The notes under the pieces were generated by a model that made no database searches, had not been told where the DNA came from, and saw only the letters and a list, made by a program, of their open reading frames with translations. Made by a program: the position numbers and the translations under genes. Below, piece by piece: positions 59,366 to 64,000 of a stretch of DNA of 64,000 nucleotides. The stretch comes from Eledone cirrhosa. Lineage: Eukaryota. Numbering within the stretch: the stretch's first letter is position 1; each line of letters starts with the position of its first letter. The stretch spans positions 39,742,001-39,806,000 of the forward strand of contig OZ024742.1 in assembly GCA_964016885.1 (NCBI GenBank), written 5' to 3'.

Positions 59366-59856
59366 CAGTGTGTATGTTTGTGCGTGTTTACTCTGGTTTA
59401 CTCAGGCGGCCAATTGGCAGAGTGGTTAGAAGGTCGTATTGAGTGCTTTACGGTATATATTCCGACTCTGCTCTCTCAGTTCAAACCCTGCTGAAGTCTA
59501 CTTTGCCTTTCATCCTTTCGAGGTTGATAAAAAAAGTACCAGTCTAGTACTGGGGTGGATTTTTCTTCTCTCTGGAAGAAATCTGATGTACTCAGGCCTG
59601 GAGGGGCATGGGCTCTTCAAGGCTTAATATGCCCAAGAAACTGTATGCCAATAATACGGCGCCCCTACGACTCTATCAGGAGTTACGGGTCCATACCCTA
59701 CCCTACCATACTCGTGTGTGTGTGTACTCACGTATGTGAATGTGTGTACAATGTACAACTATATATGTGCATGTATATGTGCGTTTATTTGTGTATATTT
59801 ATTTGTATGTGCGAACATGTGTCTGCATGTGTGTGTATGTGTGTTTGTATGTTTGC

Positions 59857-59954
<98 letters not shown>

Positions 59955-62443
59955 TGTAATAATTTTTCAAACTAATGAATCCTGCTGGAAACTATAATGA
60001 GAGTAAAGAAGGAATAAGTTTGAAAGGAGAAGGTATTACATTTCTGATGAAGTGGAAATTGTTGGCTGCAAGAAGAAATCGTAGAAAAACAACACGAGGA
60101 AAATAATAAAACATATATATATATATGTATGTATATATAAATATGTATATATATGTATACACAGTATATACACATACACACACACACACACATATATATT
60201 AAAATAAACATATAAAACATATAATATATATAAGAAATATGAGAAACGCAAGTGAAACGAAACGAAACAATTAATAAACTAACACACATATACACACACA
60301 GATGTATATGTATATATATATATATATAATATATATATATGTGTGTGTAGAGAGAGAGAGAGGGGGAGAGATTGAGCATGAGAGAGATTCATCAACATAC
60401 ATATATAGACATACATATAATACATATGTATGTGTGCGTATAATTATATACATACTCCCAAATACGCAAGTGCATATACACACACACACAGTCACACACT
60501 CACATACACACACACATTCACATAAACATATACATATGTGCCTACATTCATATACACTTGCTAAAACCAAAATTAAAAAAAATAGTTAAGTACGTATTTT
60601 CCTCTTTTAATGTACTATTTACTTCATTATATTTTTTTTTCTCATTTCGTTTTTCTGTTTTGTTAATATTAAAACACGTGTGTTCTTACTAATGTGTGTT
60701 TTTTTATATCTTATTTATTTATTTATTTCCTACATATTTATGTATTTATTGGAGATTTTATTCAATTCCATTTCCTTCTCTCTTTCTATCTCTTCTGTCT
60801 CGCCACCACCGTCATCAACGCTTTTATATTGGGTCGTCAAGAATGAAATTTGTGGAAATTTGTTTTGTTTCTAAACATTTCTACAAATTTCTACAAATTT
60901 CATAGTTGACGATAGCTTCTAAGAAGTTTTCCTATTACTAACATCACTGTATGTTTATTAACAACACTAACAATACTATGACGGTCGTGGAATCGTTCCC
61001 CAACGCTGCGATGTGTCTTTGTACAAGACATTTCATTTTATGTTTCCCCAGTCCACCCAGCTGGCAAAAAGGAGTTGGACCTGCAGTTGAAAGGATTAGT
61101 CATGCCATACACTGGATCGTGTTGGATCTGCTTGAGAATAATGCTAAGTGTGTATCTGTCTGTGTAATGCTCAGCCACATGCATGTTAATTTCACGATCA
61201 GACTGATTTGTTGTGCTTAATCAATGAATTATCTTCACATCAAAACTATAAAGCTGTTATCGATGAAACCCTTACGTGATTGTTCGGCCAGTAAGAAGTA
61301 GCAGCCAGTTCTCACATAAAAAAGACGTTTTATTTAATGTGGTCCTGGGTTCCTTACATTTTGGAAAAGACACGTTATTTATTAACTGCTAGAATACCTA
61401 TGATCATATGTATACTTGATCAGTGATGTCTTTGGTCTAACAACAATAAGGTAGCTATCAGTAGACTATGATTCGCTGAGGTTCAGCAAGACCGAAATAA
61501 GTCACAAGTTGCCGCCAAAACTACCAAAGTCAGACTGAACACTCTTACCTACATAATTTAATTATTGTTCGATTGAAAACTTCGGAATCCTCTCCCTTGT
61601 CCATCGTAAGAGTAATTTTCATTAAATCTTTTGATACTAAACCTGAAACGGCCACTAGTTCTATAATACACAAGTGATTATTATTATCATAAAATCTATC
61701 ATAAGAACCTTACTATAATTATATCTAAGGGTCGTTGTTAAGCTATGTTTTAAACACCTCTTTAATAATCAGAAGGTTAGTAATAATGTTTCTACTTTTG
61801 GCACAAGGCCAGCAATTACCCAGTGCATTACTGATTGCTAAATTACTCCAAATTCTTGATAATTTTCAAATTAATTTGAACATCATGGACAGTGCATTTC
61901 ATTAGAAATGTGATAAGGAAAGAGTTAAAACTAATGAATTTCTTTCTCATTGAACTTATCGACTAAAAACTATTGAATACTTAGTTGAATATTCTATTTT
62001 TGTTTATTTATTAAAGAAACCTCCGTTTTCGAAACCGAAGAGGAAGAGAGGACGTGGAAAACGACAACACTTTAATCAACCACGCCTGCCAGTTGCGTCA
62101 CCCACTCTATGTTCCATGCAAGATTAGACTTTCTCATTTATCAATGTCGCCGTTAAAGGACTGATCTCATCAACCACACCCTTTATCTACTCTTACCTGC
62201 CATCTGTGTTATCCTATGTTCTATGCAAGATTTGGCCTCCCCAGTTATCGTCATCGAAGAGCTAGTGAACTAAATTTTCGAATACGAAAAAACAGCCAAC
62301 AACATAATTCCGGCAACCATATTTGATGGCATATAAGGCCATCTCCCCACCCACTTAAAAGAATGGCTAAAAAATATCTCCTGGGTCTTATATATGAAGT
62401 GGGGGTATCTCGTAGGCTAATGTTTTGTTCTTAATATTACCTA

Positions 62444-62845
62444 CGGTGGATTGTCAGTATCAGTAGAGGGCCGGACGCCATGCTTGCAGCATAGAGTTAC
62501 GGCGCTTTACGGTCTGAGATCAAATCCCGCCGAGGTTAACTTTGCTTTTCATCCTTACGGGGTCGACAAAATAAAGTACCAGTAACGTACTGGGGTCGAT
62601 TTAATCGACTTTCCCCTCCCCCTTTGTTCCTATACTAGAAATCAATATTACCTGCGGTGGATAGGCAGTATCGGTAGAGGGCTGGACGCCATGCTTTGCA
62701 GCATAGAGTTACGGCCCTTTATGGTCTGAGTTCAAATCCCGCCGAGGTTAACTTTGTCCTTCATCCTTAAGGGGTTGATAAAATAAAGCACCAGTAATGC
62801 ACTAGGGTAATTTCTGGCCTTGTGCCAAAAGTAGAAACAATATTA
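62444..62845 (+). mobile_element. two tandem family A SINEs
   Basis: Each has A/B boxes and the family A body; ATATTACCT occurs before, between and after the copies (TSD-like). Confidence 0.85.
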
Positions 62846-64000
62846 CCTGCTGAAATGAGAAGTTACTATATGTTATCACATGTCCAGAGGTATTATATCC
62901 CATCAAATACTCTAAGAAAAATATTTTCGACTCATCACGTCAAATGGCCTAATCAGTGAATTATCTTCACTGCAAAACTAATTTTTTTTCCGAGAGAAGT
63001 GCTACATAGGTTGTTCACCCTCTTAGAAATAACATCCAAATCTTCTCTAAATCATTATAAAAGGATATGTTATTTAATAAGGTTCTGGGTTCATTGCACA
63101 TTGGAAAAAGACATTATATAATAGTTGGAATGCCTTTTATCATATGTATACTCGGCCAATGCTGCTCCTGAGTTAACAGCAACAACAACAACAACTCTAT
63201 GATTAGAAAGCAGTCAATGCAGTGAACTATGGTTAGCTAAGTTCCAGTCAAACTGAAACATGTCAGCTACCAAACATCAAAATTACTCTCTTCTTGCATC
63301 ATTTAATAATTATGTTTAATCTTTCATCGATATAAATTTGGTGAATTCTTTCTCTAGCCACTATTAAGAACCAGTTTCATTAAAGCTAATGAATTTTCTC
63401 CACATTTCACTTATCGATTAATAGTTATTTAATATTTATCCCTTAATATCTAAAAATGGGGTGGTTATTCCAAATGTTTATAGTATCTTTACTAGTGGAC
63501 AGATCGCTGTGAATATTTGTAACATCAGTAAAAAGACTTTAATTAATTATTGGATGCAGTCATAGTGCTGTTTTGTACTTTTCCAGAATGTCTTGGTAAC
63601 GCGGTTTTATGTGGCACATGATATTAAAAGTTAAATAGATATTGTTTGTTTATTTATTTATTTATTTATTTGATATTGTTATTTAGTATTTTTTGTTTCA
63701 AATATTTATTTTCCCTGTCATGAATTTTACTAATTTGAATTGGTCCAAATCAAGTAATATTAGTTACTCTGTTCTCAAGTAATAGTAATAGATCGCTTGG
63801 AATTAAACAGAAAATCCATTGGGAATCCTCCCATTGAAGAAAGCAAGGTTAAAGTCACGTGTTGCCTCTCTCGTTTGTTTATTTGGGTGTGTTTGTATTT
63901 TTTTTTAATACGCCTAACACTTGAAATATTGTTAATAAGCAACCATCAGAGAAGCAAATATTCTAAACTATATAAGAAATTAATTGTTTCTAATTTAGGT

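Noticed and set aside
60041-60087. TTT-CTGATGA...GAAATCGTA-GAAA
   Set aside because: No convincing stem II or stem III; likely chance.
61200-63450. Diverged ~1.7-kb-spaced duplication (61220-61640 vs 62950-63430)
   Set aside because: Old degenerate repeat with no coding or structural signal recognised.

Overview
This is repeat-saturated eukaryotic DNA with no recognisable host gene; the (TA)n/(CA)n seas and tRNA-derived SINEs suggest a cephalopod/octopus-like mollusc genome (inference). Most ORFs in the track are microsatellite artefacts. Real coding remnants are decayed retroelements and transposons: an L1/Tx1-type LINE (13.1-16.4 kb) inside (TA)n, three Neptune-type and three Naiad-like Penelope-like element (PLE) copies (RT, GIY-YIG or 3' UTR), RTE fragments with a non-autonomous RTE derivative, a Tigger/pogo transposase and several MITEs. 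The main hidden signal is about 27 type I hammerhead ribozyme (HHR) motifs found by eye (CUGANGA...GAAA core, mostly palindromic stem III). Eleven of them lie one per unit on the minus strand of a near-identical 472-bp tandem array (28137-33612). Each unit also carries an octamer motif (ATTTGCAT), so the array resembles a retrozyme or newt satellite-2-like unit predicted to yield ~470-nt self-cleaved, possibly circular RNAs. Several other unrelated non-coding HHR-bearing mini-elements share the PLE-type tandem-plus-inverted architecture. All structures were inferred manually and none was tested computationally.
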